DNA of 64,000 nt from Candidatus Bathyarchaeota archaeon (lineage in GTDB: Archaea > Thermoproteota > Bathyarchaeia > 40CM-2-53-6), in NCBI GenBank assembly GCA_963733055.1, contig CAVTBR010000001.1, positions 800,001 through 864,000 on the forward strand, read 5' to 3'. The notes beneath the pieces are model-generated. The model saw nothing but the letters and a program-made list of their open reading frames with translations, had not been told where the DNA came from and searched no databases. The first letter of the stretch is position 1. Each line of letters opens with the position of its first letter. The position numbers were made by a program, and so were the translations under genes. Positions 1 through 9,137 of this stretch are shown here, piece by piece.

Positions 1-695
1 TAGAGGATTCCAAGCGAGTCGCTCATGTACTTCATGACGTTGATGTCATGAGTTATGAAGAAGTAGGAGAGATGCAACTTTGACTTCAACTCCTTTAATG
101 TGTTCAAGACTTGTGCCTGTACCGAGACGTCCAATGAACTCGTGGGTTCGTCGAGCACCAACATTTTTCTTGGTATGGCAATCGCTCTAGCAAGACTTAC
201 TCTCTGTTTCTCACCACCACTGAGCTCCTTCGGATATGCATCCAGGCAGCTCTTTCTCAGACCTACCAAGTCGATGGTCTCTTCGATTCTGCTATCGTAA
301 TCTCGTCGGTCGAAGGTTTTCGCGGCCACTAGGGCCTCCTTTATGATATCTTTCACGCGTAAACGCGGGTTTAGCGAGCCGACCGGATCTTGAAAGACAA
401 TTCCGACATTTCGTCTGAGGTAGGTCACGTCCGCTTTCTTACGGAAGTTTATCTCCTTACCCAGTAACCTTACGGACCCTGCCCTAGGCTTGAACAGGCC
501 AACGAGAACCCAGGCGATTATGGATTTGCCGGAACCGGTCTCACCGGCGAGACCAAAGGTTTCGCCCTCCCTTACATTGAAAGTGACATCGTTAACAACG
601 TTCATCATTCCGGATCCTCTCTCGAACAACAGTAGGCTTCCTCCCCTGAGGATGAAGGAAACGGTGAGGTTGTTTACTTCGACAATGTTGTTCAT
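1..695 (-). CDS. Dipeptide/oligopeptide ABC transporter ATP-binding subunit (OppF/AppF-like), runs off the window end
   Basis: Manual translation from ATG 695 gives MNNIVEVNNLTVSF...FGLAGETGSGKS (Walker A), then ELSGGEKQRV and MLVLDEPTSSLDVSVQ. It overlaps the upstream ATPase stop (ATGA). Not in the ORF track because it is truncated. Confidence 0.9.
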   Translation of the reverse strand, partial: MNNIVEVNNLTVSFILRGGSLLLFERGSGMMNVVNDVTFNVREGETFGLAGETGSGKSIIAWVLVGLFKPRAGSVRLLGKEINFRKKADVTYLRRNVGIVFQDPVGSLNPRLRVKDIIKEALVAAKTFDRRDYDSRIEETIDLVGLRKSCLDAYPKELSGGEKQRVSLARAIAIPRKMLVLDEPTSSLDVSVQAQVLNTLKELKSKLHLSYFFITHDINVMKYMSDSLGIL

Positions 696-1708
696 TTTTT
701 CTCTAGCAACCAGCATAAGACGCCGCGGCCATCGTCGGTTTCAAAAACGGGTGGTTCATTCTCTTTGCATTTCTCCATCACCAATGGGCATCGGGGATGG
801 AATTTGCAGCCTGTGGGCAGTTTCCTGAGGTCGGGGGCTTCACCCGTGGGAGCGGGTAGCGGTGGAGAATCAACAAAGCCGTGAGGTATTGCAGCGAAGA
901 GTTTCTGAGTGTAAGGATGCGCGGGTGCGTTCAATATTCGCTCCGTACTGCCCTCCTCCATAACCCTCCCCGCGTACATCACGTATAATCTATCACAAAT
1001 CTGTGAAGCGACCATCAAGTCGTGAGTGATGAACATCATAGCTGTTCCCGTTCGCCGATTCAAATCCTTCAGAATGTTCAATATCCTATTCTGAACATAC
1101 ACGTCCAGCCCAGTGGTCACCTCATCCAATATCAGAAGCTTCGGTTTCTCCACAATGGCCATGGCTATCGAGACCCGTTGCCTCATCCCGCCCGAAAGTT
1201 CGTGGGGATATTTCTTCAGGACCCACTCAGGTTTGTCGAGGCGCAAATCGTTGAGGATCTCCACCATCATTTTCCATTCTTCTTTCGCTGAGAGATTCAA
1301 TTTCTGAGCTCGTTGAAGAACTTCAATCGATTCCTTAAGTTGTGAATCGGTTCTGTAGACCGGATTCAGGGCTGCCAGGGATTCTTGGAACACCATTCCT
1401 ATCCCCGGCCCCCTAAATTGTGAGAGTTCGATATCGTTCAGTTTGAGCAAGTCTTTGTCTTCGAAAGTTACGGAACCGCCAATGATGTCCGCCGGGGGCG
1501 AGTCTAAAAGGCCGATTATCGACAACCCGAGCGTTGTCTTCCCTGACCCGCTTTCGCCCACAACGCCTAGAATCTCCCCCTTCTTCACACGCAAAGAGAC
1601 GTTCTGAAGTACGCGTACTCTTCGGTCGACAGTTGCATAGTCTAGAGTTAGATCGTTAACCTTCAGAAGATCAGGATCGGCAACGTCACCCGACTGCGTC
1701 AACCCCAT
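692..1708 (-). CDS. Dipeptide/oligopeptide ABC transporter ATP-binding subunit (OppD/DppD-like)
   Basis: GESGSGKT, LSGGMRQRV, LILDE, HPYT and the C-terminal GCKFHPRCP...C...C motif. Confidence 0.92.
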   Translation of the reverse strand: MGLTQSGDVADPDLLKVNDLTLDYATVDRRVRVLQNVSLRVKKGEILGVVGESGSGKTTLGLSIIGLLDSPPADIIGGSVTFEDKDLLKLNDIELSQFRGPGIGMVFQESLAALNPVYRTDSQLKESIEVLQRAQKLNLSAKEEWKMMVEILNDLRLDKPEWVLKKYPHELSGGMRQRVSIAMAIVEKPKLLILDEVTTGLDVYVQNRILNILKDLNRRTGTAMMFITHDLMVASQICDRLYVMYAGRVMEEGSTERILNAPAHPYTQKLFAAIPHGFVDSPPLPAPTGEAPDLRKLPTGCKFHPRCPLVMEKCKENEPPVFETDDGRGVLCWLLEKK

Positions 1709-2350
1709 AGAGGATTGAGGGCTGATACTAATATGACATCCGCAAAATCAGGAAACTTCGCTAGACTCCAGAATCATCGACCGCAAGAAGGTCCTTTTGG
1801 GTTCAACATTCTTAGGGGCAGTTGTTTCGAGTAGTCAATTGCCGATCATCTTGATTTGTGCGAGCGGGAACGCACTGTGGTACAGTCCAGCCGCTATGTG
1901 AAAGCTCCAAGGATTTGGGTTAAGTCGCGTCTTACTGGTGGACCTCGCAGACCCTGGCGCTCAGTATTCTGGCGCGCACGCTTGGCGGGACCGAGGGGCT
2001 AGTTTTCTGGGGCTCATAGGTTGTGCGTGATTTTTTTTCGGCAACGTTTCATGCCGGAATATGTACCTATTCGCGCGCGGTCATGGTCATATCCCGCTGC
2101 GACTCGACGTGTCTGCCTTGTTTTCGGTGTGATCTGGCGGGGTTTCATGGCAATTGAGTTAAAGTATGTGTTTAATGGTTCAAGAAGTGGTTGATTTTGG
2201 TTTGTCGCTGTTTTCCTGCCCGGTTTTGACTCGAAAATCGCAGTTTTTCGTCAAGAAAACCCAGAAAACGAACAAGAATGCCGTAGTCTTGACTTATATG
2301 GTGGAATAAGGTAGAGAATGGTAGAGGAAGTATTTGGAGGAAGATTGGTC

Positions 2351-3592
2351 ATGCGAGTTCTAATAGTTGGTGCAGGCGCGATCGGATCCGTCATCGGTAA
2401 AATCCTACAAGCGCGTCCTGAATTCGAAGAAATCATCCTCGCCGACCTGAAGCAGGAAACCGCACAACGCATGATTGGAAATCTGAATGGTCCTGCCAAG
2501 CTGACCGCTATCGCCATGAATGCTAACAACATTGCCGACATGAAGAAAGTCATGAAGGACGTTCACGCCGATCTAGTAATCAACGCCACACTCCCACGCT
2601 TCTTCCTCAAAATCATGAGAGCAACCCTGGAGAGCGGCGCGAACTACATGGACATGGCAACCGACATAGGCGTAGCAAACTCAAGAGCCGGCCACAGAGT
2701 CCACAAAGTACCCATCGATTACCAGCTGGAACAGGACGCCGCCTGGAAGAACGCTGGGTTAGCCGCGATGGTCTGCTGGGGCGCTGACCCAGGAGCGGTA
2801 AACGTATTCGCGCGTTACGCCGCTGATCAACTGGATTCGGTAGACCGCATCCTAATCAGGGACGGAGACAACGCCAGCACCGGAGGCTTCGACGGACTAG
2901 TCTCCCTATGGTCTCCCGACACGTTCATAGAAGAAGTCGCCTACGCCGACGCCCTCGTCTGGACCAACGGCCACTACGAGAGGGTACCTTCGCTCTCAAG
3001 AAGCGAGGTATGGGACTTCCCGCAGCCAATTGGAAAGTTACGAGTTTGGGCGGTTGATCACGAGGAACCGCAAACATTAGGCCGGTACATCAAATGCAAC
3101 GAATGCAACTTCATGATATCCCTCAGCACCGAAACAGTCGAGACGATGAGAGTACTCAAGAAACTAGGCCTCGTCAACCCAGCCCCAATCAATGTTAAAG
3201 GGATCGAAGTCGCACCCCGCGACGTTGTAACCGCCTGTATGCCATCACCAAACGATCATCGACTTCAAAGCGGAACCAACGGCTACACATGCATAGGCAG
3301 CATGGTCATCGGCGAAAAAGCTGGAAAACGATACGGCCACTACATATACAACATGATGAGCCACGCCGAAGCCTACGCGAAATACGGCGTTACCGCAACA
3401 GCTTTGCAGACCGCCCTCCCGCCAGCCACCGCAGCAACCCTACTGGCCCGCGGGGAGATTAAGGAAAAAGGAGTATTCCCACCAGAAGCATTAGCCCCCA
3501 GCCCAATCATGAACGCCTTCACCGAACTCGGATTTCAATGGAAAGAAATTAGGAGAGAAGAAAAACCCCTTCTCCTTCCACTACTCGCCTAA
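2351..3592 (+). CDS. Saccharopine dehydrogenase / carboxynorspermidine dehydrogenase family oxidoreductase
   Basis: MRVLIVGAGAIG Rossmann motif, NYMDMA, GADPG, WSPDTFIEE, HEE and GVFPPE. The start is placed at ATG 2351. Confidence 0.8.
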   Translation: MRVLIVGAGAIGSVIGKILQARPEFEEIILADLKQETAQRMIGNLNGPAKLTAIAMNANNIADMKKVMKDVHADLVINATLPRFFLKIMRATLESGANYMDMATDIGVANSRAGHRVHKVPIDYQLEQDAAWKNAGLAAMVCWGADPGAVNVFARYAADQLDSVDRILIRDGDNASTGGFDGLVSLWSPDTFIEEVAYADALVWTNGHYERVPSLSRSEVWDFPQPIGKLRVWAVDHEEPQTLGRYIKCNECNFMISLSTETVETMRVLKKLGLVNPAPINVKGIEVAPRDVVTACMPSPNDHRLQSGTNGYTCIGSMVIGEKAGKRYGHYIYNMMSHAEAYAKYGVTATALQTALPPATAATLLARGEIKEKGVFPPEALAPSPIMNAFTELGFQWKEIRREEKPLLLPLLA

Positions 3593-3666
3593 GATAAGAG
3601 ACCGGGAAAGACCGTTAACGCTAACCCGCACGTTTCTTCATCGCGACCTCTAAGACGCAATGCGGG

Positions 3667-4053
3667 ATGGGATACTCATTGAGAGGCGAAGTTTGGACCG
3701 TAGAGAGACATCTTCGCGAAAAGCCCGAGTCCGTCGTTCGGTTGTATCATATTTTCGCGGCGCTTGTTGAATCCTGCGGACCAGTCAAGTATTCTGTTTC
3801 GAAAACAGCAATCACCTTCAAGGGCGCGCGGAGAGGATTCGCAGGTGCCAAGCCGAGGATGCACTCCTTGGACGGCTACCTTGACCTACAAGATCGAATA
3901 GAGGACCCTCGGATTCTCCGCTCATCACCCTATACCAAGAAGCTGTACGTCCATCAGTTCAGAGTCACGAATGTCGACCAGCTCGACGAGGAATTCACTT
4001 CGTGGGTCAGGAAGGCATACGAAGTGGGTGAAGGCAAACACTTGAACACCTAA
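3667..4053 (+). CDS. DUF5655-like small protein
   Basis: KTAITFKGARRGFAG and HQFRVTNVDQLDEEFTSWVRKAY pattern. Confidence 0.6.
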   Translation: MGYSLRGEVWTVERHLREKPESVVRLYHIFAALVESCGPVKYSVSKTAITFKGARRGFAGAKPRMHSLDGYLDLQDRIEDPRILRSSPYTKKLYVHQFRVTNVDQLDEEFTSWVRKAYEVGEGKHLNT

Positions 4054-4059
4054 GGAGTA

Positions 4060-4079
4060 TGCGGGGTTGGGATTCGAAC
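4060..4079 (-). repeat. tRNA 3'-end-like fragment (T-loop plus acceptor 3' strand, Leu-like)
   Basis: Minus strand reads GTTCGAATCCCAACCCCGCA. No D or anticodon arm is present. Confidence 0.55.
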
Positions 4080-4313
4080 GCGAAAAAGGACATTAGCGCT
4101 ATTTCATGCCCCTGTTTATCGGAGTTCGAAGAGCTACACAGACCCGTTTCGTGCGCGACTAACTCAACCGTAGTCTGAATTTGTGAAATGAACTCTATCC
4201 AGAGTTTTTCACCCCTCGAAAGGGGAGAGAAAAGGTCGGTTTATGGCTGATTATTGTTATTTTCAGTCATCTCTCATGCCTATATGGACGTGTATGTGTA
4301 AACATCTTGGTTA

Positions 4314-4478
4314 ATGATGGATAAGGTCGAAGGTGACGTCTGCCCAAGATGCGGGCAAAAGGCGTTGGACGTTTACTACGAGGAGGGTTCCGACCTTCAG
4401 CTGGGAGCCCATTGCGAGGAATGTGGGCTCAAAGGCTTCTTCACGAACGGTAAACTCGTACAGCTCGCCACAATGTAA
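4314..4478 (+). CDS. CPxCG-type zinc-finger microprotein (54 aa), absent from the ORF track
   Basis: MMDKVEGDVCPRCGQKALDVYYEEGSDLQLGAHCEECGLKGFFTNGKLVQLATM*, followed by a hairpin and T-tract. Confidence 0.8.
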   Translation: MMDKVEGDVCPRCGQKALDVYYEEGSDLQLGAHCEECGLKGFFTNGKLVQLATM

Positions 4479-4500
4479 TACACCCAATTCCTCACTGAAA

Positions 4501-4524
4501 CCTCTCCTTCGGAGAGGATTTTTT
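4501..4524 (+). terminator. Hairpin plus oligo-T terminator after the Zn-finger gene
   Basis: CCTCTCC-TTC-GGAGAGG followed by ATTTTTT. Confidence 0.6.
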
Positions 4525-4595
4525 CGATGAACGAATAGTCCACAACGCTGAAAAGTACCCGAAATCTGGTAAAGCTCAGTCGGATCTGAGCGCTA

Positions 4596-5219
4596 TTGGT
4601 TGGTCCTTCCTGGTTCTTTGGTTTCGACTCCTTGATGGAGTTCATTGCGTTCGTGATTGCGATCGCTGTCGCATACCAGGCCTTGAAGGGCTACAAGCTA
4701 TCGAAGGAGAAGACTCTTCTCTACCTTAATCTGAGCTTCGTTCTAATCGGGGCTGGGTTGCTGATCGACGGGCTCTCCAGCTTAATGGTTCTTCTCGCTC
4801 GTCTTCGCGGAGGGTCTCTGTATCTTTTTGGTGTCGGCTACTCGATCAACTTCCTCGCACAACTCCTTGCATACGGACTACTAGTGTACGCGTATATTCA
4901 CCAGGCTAGGAACGTAGCCGCTTCGACAGCTGCGATGGCAGCTGTCCCGATACTGTTCTTCGAACGCAACGCCGTAACGGAACTTATCCTAGTCTTTCTC
5001 CTCGTCTACATCGCAATTCAAACCGCGATTAACTATAGCATAAACAAGAACACGAACTCAATGCTGGTCTTCGGCGCATTTGCCTCACTCTCAGTAGCCC
5101 ACGTATTCTTTCTAATTTTCACCGTAGCCCCTATCTTCTTCCCGTTCGCTCAGATCGCGCAATTGTTTGGTTTCCTTCTATTGTTGGCCATGTTGCTTAG
5201 GGTGAATCAACCCGTATGA
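4596..5219 (+). CDS. Multi-pass (about 6-7 TM) membrane protein, putative sensor-type
   Basis: Alternating hydrophobic helices. Directly upstream of a wHTH gene. Confidence 0.7.
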   Translation: MVGPSWFFGFDSLMEFIAFVIAIAVAYQALKGYKLSKEKTLLYLNLSFVLIGAGLLIDGLSSLMVLLARLRGGSLYLFGVGYSINFLAQLLAYGLLVYAYIHQARNVAASTAAMAAVPILFFERNAVTELILVFLLVYIAIQTAINYSINKNTNSMLVFGAFASLSVAHVFFLIFTVAPIFFPFAQIAQLFGFLLLLAMLLRVNQPV

Positions 5220-5528
5220 TCCCGGACTGCGCAGAGCCAGGCCGCAAAGCCCACTGCAAAGTATCGATCCCAGTTCCGTATATACGTGGACATCATGTTA
5301 GTAATTCAACGCGAGAACAATCAAGCCAAACCCACCCGAATCCTTTACGGGGCAAATCTTTCACATGACAGGCTGATCAAATATCTTGAAGAGCTCAAGG
5401 CGCTCGGTGTCATTCAGGAGACGGGAACCGACGATAAAATCTACAGCCTAACACAGAAAGGAATTGAATTCATGAACAACTTCAGAAGAGTCGAGTCTTT
5501 CGCTTCAGCGTTCGGGTTCAAGATCTAG
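5216..5528 (+). CDS. Archaeal winged-helix transcription regulator (COG3432-like), 5' end disrupted or ambiguous
   Basis: KYRSQFRIYVDIM...PTRILYGANLSHDRLIKYLEELKALGVI...YSLTQKG. The conserved N-terminal motif lies upstream of GTG 5286, and ATG 5216 is out of frame by one base. Confidence 0.75.
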
Positions 5529-6817
5529 ACAGTGCGTTTCGTCAAGTAAATGTATCCCGCCGCTACAACGACTACTACGAGACTCGGGACAATCGCGAGA
5601 CCGATGAATGGAAGAACGATTAGCGAAATGGCCAAGGACGCTAATGGAAGGAAGAAGTTCATTCCACCCCGCTTCGGTCGACCAAGCAACTTCACTCCCG
5701 CAGCAGACCCCACCACGTAAAGAAGAATGAACGACCCGCTCGGGACCAAGATTGCCGTCGCCAAATCCATGTGCGAAAAATAGTATACGACAAGTACCAT
5801 AACAAATGTGCCGACTAGTGCAATCAGAATCCTGTCCGGGACTCCAGTCTTGGGATTAATGTGAGCTAACTCTCGCGGGAGTCCACCATCCCTTGCCACC
5901 GCAAACAACAGCCTTGACACGCCGGTCGTGTAAGCATTCACGGTCCCGAAAATTATGAAGACCGCAGCTAACGCCGTTCCCTCCCCAGCATACCTGCCCA
6001 GCACGTTTGACAAAATCGCAGCGAACGGCGCCACGCTCCCACCCGCCTCATAAGCGCGAGTTCCAATCGTGACAAAGGCGACGGCTATCTGGAGAAAACT
6101 GACCAACAATACGCTTAGTACAATGCTGCGATGAAAATCCTTCTTCGGATTCTCAAACTCCTCAGCCACGTTCGAAGTGTTCTCATACCCTATGTACGAC
6201 CAGAAAATCAACGCCGCGGCCGTTCCCACCGCCAGAGGACCAGCAGAAAAAAATGGTTCAAAGTTTTGCGCCTTGACTAAGAAGGCAGACGACGCGATTG
6301 TCGCGACGAGTAACGCAACTATGGAGACTACAATTGCTAATTGAATCCTAGTGCTGATCACAATTCCCCTGTAATTTATCGCGAAAGCTGAAGCAACAAT
6401 TCCGAACGCTATCAGGTAAGTCTCAGCACGGCTGAGGGGGAACGCGTAGCCGATGTAGGACGCCGCGATGAGGGTGACGGCAGGGGCGCCTGTAATTACG
6501 CAGAAAGCAAACAGCCACCCAACCACCGCGCCCACTCGAAATCCGAAACCTTCCCTTGTGAATGCATAGATTCCTCCAGACTCAGGACGGCGCGCCGATA
6601 GGGACGCAAAGGTGTAGGCGAAGGGATAACTGGCAACTGAGAGAAGCACCCAGGCCAGCAGGGAGGCAGGGCCCGCGATTTTTGCCGTGAGCCCCGGGAG
6701 AACTAGTATGCCGGACCCTAGGACAGAAGTTGCGTACAGCGCCACAGCGTGCCTTAATCGAATCGCCTTTCGTAGGTGGGCGTTCTGACTTGCATTCTGT
6801 GGTGTGCTCTCAGTCAA
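5525..6817 (-). CDS. APC-family amino acid permease (YjeH-like)
   Basis: LGSGILVLPG, GGIYAF, FWSYIGYE and AEEFENPKKD; about 12 TM helices. Confidence 0.88.
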   Translation of the reverse strand: MTESTPQNASQNAHLRKAIRLRHAVALYATSVLGSGILVLPGLTAKIAGPASLLAWVLLSVASYPFAYTFASLSARRPESGGIYAFTREGFGFRVGAVVGWLFAFCVITGAPAVTLIAASYIGYAFPLSRAETYLIAFGIVASAFAINYRGIVISTRIQLAIVVSIVALLVATIASSAFLVKAQNFEPFFSAGPLAVGTAAALIFWSYIGYENTSNVAEEFENPKKDFHRSIVLSVLLVSFLQIAVAFVTIGTRAYEAGGSVAPFAAILSNVLGRYAGEGTALAAVFIIFGTVNAYTTGVSRLLFAVARDGGLPRELAHINPKTGVPDRILIALVGTFVMVLVVYYFSHMDLATAILVPSGSFILLYVVGSAAGVKLLGRPKRGGMNFFLPLASLAISLIVLPFIGLAIVPSLVVVVVAAGYIYLTKRTV

Positions 6818-6943
6818 TCGCTGACAAACCCCAGACTTTCCGATTAGCCAAGTAGCCCTCCCTTATTACGTCGAAGGCGTGGCACCATGGGTCTTCATCG
6901 ACACAGCCCTGCCATTTTCGTAGCGACAGGACCACGCTTTGCT

Positions 6944-6969
6944 GAATGTATCACCCGGGTGATACATTC
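6944..6969. repeat. Perfect 26-bp palindrome
   Basis: GAATGTATCACCC|GGGTGATACATTC. Confidence 0.9.
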
Positions 6970-6986
6970 GCTCGTCAGCGCACGAA

Positions 6987-7026
6987 AGGGTGGGCCACAC
7001 CCCCTCCAAAAGGGTGAGCCACACCC
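6987..7026. repeat. Left copy of the palindromic direct repeat flanking RelBE (two 15-bp hairpin units, 24-bp period)
   Basis: GGGTGGGCCACACCC-cctccaaaa-GGGTGAGCCACACCC; matches 7955-7994. Confidence 0.85.
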
Positions 7027-7151
7027 ATTTCGGAAGGATTAGCGACGACGCTGTGGGCAAGTAGCGGAGCTGCCCAACCTGTTAAGTTGAAAGCGGCACC
7101 GCCTCTCCGGAAAAAGGTGCCGTTTTGCGCTCCTTTCAAGCTCAGAACGCA

Positions 7152-7173
7152 TGAGAGGGTGGAATTTGAACCC
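7152..7173 (-). repeat. Degenerate tRNA 3'-end-like fragment
   Basis: Minus strand GGGTTCAAATTCCACCCTCTCA, 35 bp downstream of the relE stop. Confidence 0.4.
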
Positions 7174-7208
7174 TAATGATACACCCAGTTTTCGGATGCC
7201 ATTTACCT

Positions 7209-7469
7209 CTATGGACCGTAGACTCGGCTTCGGTGGTCTATCTTTTCAACGAGCACTAGCCTGTCGCTGGTGAAAACTTCATACAGTATCCTATAATCGC
7301 CGACCCTTACTCTACAGACGCCCTCTCTGCCCTGAAGTTTCACTAGGCCTCTTGGAAAGGGGTCTTCGCCGAGTTCCTCTAACTTTGAGATGATTCTTCT
7401 CTTCATCGCGGATCCAAGTGAGTCTAGCTCACGGTCTGCCCTCTTTGAGAGCCTAACTTCATAAATCAA
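7209..7469 (-). CDS. relE: RelE/ParE family toxin
   Basis: YEVRLSKRADREL, KLQG, RVRVGDYRILY and IDHRSRVY. Confidence 0.9.
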   Translation of the reverse strand: MIYEVRLSKRADRELDSLGSAMKRRIISKLEELGEDPFPRGLVKLQGREGVCRVRVGDYRILYEVFTSDRLVLVEKIDHRSRVYGP

Positions 7470-7654
7470 CGGGAGTTTTTAGCTCGAGCGAGGGGTACGG
7501 TCTTTCCTTCCTTCAGGTCTTGGTGTGCTTCCTCGAGTGCTAGAAGGTCGTCTCTGGAGGCGATTGCGTCGTACGCCTTTTCGAGAGCGCTGATTCGCCT
7601 CTTCATTTCGTGCATCTCCTCCTTCAATTCCCCATAGCTTGCTTTCATAGTCAA
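7466..7654 (-). CDS. Cognate antitoxin (archaeal RelB-like)
   Basis: Small helical protein with LEEAHQDLKEGKTVPL; overlaps the relE start. Confidence 0.75.
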   Translation of the reverse strand: MTMKASYGELKEEMHEMKRRISALEKAYDAIASRDDLLALEEAHQDLKEGKTVPLARAKNSR

Positions 7655-7931
7655 GGCATTCGTTCCTTGTCTCCTTTAACTCCTCCTTCGAATCTCCTGC
7701 ACAAAGAAGGTCGAAAATCCCGAAAGTCGCCGAGCTCCTTGGCCTCAAATGCTTCGGTAATGCCAACTCGCACGTAGTCTCAGCCTGCTGATCTAGCCTA
7801 GATCGAATATTTTGACAAGTCGTGTTGCTCGCCTTGTTTCTGCATCCATACTCCGAAGTTCATGATTTTCCCAAGGAATGAGGATTCGACTTCTTAGGAC
7901 CAAAACCAGTAGGGTTGAACTGAAAGCGCCG

Positions 7932-7994
7932 GGGTGGACCCCACCTCCCGTCGCAGGGTGGGCCACACCCCCTTTCAAAGGATGAGCCACATCC
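7932..7994. repeat. Right copy of the palindromic direct repeat (three units, 24-bp period)
   Basis: GGGTGGACCCCACCT / GGGTGGGCCACACCC / GGATGAGCCACATCC at 7932, 7956 and 7980. Confidence 0.85.
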
Positions 7995-8065
7995 CCAACG
8001 GCTGAAAGCAAACCGTGGTACTCAGAGTTACCTAAGCAAAAGGTACAATTCGGAGCACTGACGAT

Positions 8066-9022
8066 TTGAGCTGGTCAGGTCCAGCGCGCATGCCTAGATA
8101 CTCGCACGTTATCCAAATTCAAGAGGCTGAGCCAAAAGGGAAACCGGATTGGCTGCGTGTGAGGGCTCCGTCGGGCGACAATTACGCGAAAATCAAAGAC
8201 CTCCTACGAAATCATAACCTCCACACCGTCTGTGAGGAAGCTCACTGCCCGAACGTGGCTGAATGTTGGGGCGGAGGAACGGCCACATTCATGCTCATGG
8301 GCGACACATGTACCCGCGGCTGCCGGTTCTGCATGGTCAAGACAGGAAACCCTCATGGTACCCTGGATGCCCTTGAACCTGTGAAGGTTGCGGAAGCGAT
8401 AGCGGACTTGGGCTTAAGGTATGTCGTGATAACTTCGGTTGATAGAGATGACATTCCAGACGGCGGGGCCGACCACTTCGCATCTACCATCAAAGCCATC
8501 AAACAGAGAGACCCCGAGGTAATCACCGAGGTCCTCATTCCTGATTTCCAAGGCGACTTCGCAAGCGTGGACAAGGTGATCGAGGCGGGACCCGAAGTCA
8601 TTGCGCATAACATCGAAACCACCGAACCATTAACGCCAAAAGTGCGAGACCCAAGGGCAACCTACGAACAGTCGCTTCGAGTTCTCAAGCACATCAAGGA
8701 GGTAGGCTCGTCAGTGTACTCGAAATCATCCATTATGCTCGGCTTGGGCGAGATCGAGAGCGATGTCGTCAAGACGATGGAGGACTTGCGGCGAGTAGAT
8801 GTCGACATCCTAACCCTCGGACAGTACCTTCGACCATCGAAGGGCCACATTCCAGTAAGCGAATACGTCAGCCCAGAGAGGTTCGAACACTACAAACATC
8901 TCGCCGACGACCTAGGATTCTTGTACGTCGCCTCCGGCCCGTTCGTCAGGAGCTCATACAGAGCCGGGGAGTTCTTCGTCGAGGCGCTAATTCGTAAGAA
9001 GAAAATGGAAGTTGTCAGCTGA
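8066..9022 (+). CDS. lipA: Lipoyl synthase
   Basis: KPDWL, CEEAHCPNVAEC, CTRGCRFC, SVDRDD and GPFVRSSY. Confidence 0.97.
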   Translation: MSWSGPARMPRYSHVIQIQEAEPKGKPDWLRVRAPSGDNYAKIKDLLRNHNLHTVCEEAHCPNVAECWGGGTATFMLMGDTCTRGCRFCMVKTGNPHGTLDALEPVKVAEAIADLGLRYVVITSVDRDDIPDGGADHFASTIKAIKQRDPEVITEVLIPDFQGDFASVDKVIEAGPEVIAHNIETTEPLTPKVRDPRATYEQSLRVLKHIKEVGSSVYSKSSIMLGLGEIESDVVKTMEDLRRVDVDILTLGQYLRPSKGHIPVSEYVSPERFEHYKHLADDLGFLYVASGPFVRSSYRAGEFFVEALIRKKKMEVVS

Positions 9023-9137
9023 GCTTTAACAAGCTTGACGCAAGCATCGTGTGAAACAGTCTAGTGTAAGAGCAAGCTTTACAAGCCCTAGTTCGGCTCT
9101 GCCTTCCGTTTCACGCAGCCTCAATAGGGGTTAAGGT

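Noticed and set aside
1-1708. Orphan ABC ATPases
   Set aside because: The operon runs off the window, so permease and binding genes may lie beyond position 1.
5217-5219. Selenocysteine UGA
   Set aside because: It is not in a redox or Cys-equivalent context, and no SECIS was recognised.
6987-7994. CRISPR array
   Set aside because: Only 2-3 units per cluster with 9-bp spacers, and no cas genes.
7793-8011. 72-aa ORF with VAHP 8-aa repeats
   Set aside because: The periodicity is explained by the 24-bp DNA palindromic repeat, so it is probably non-coding.
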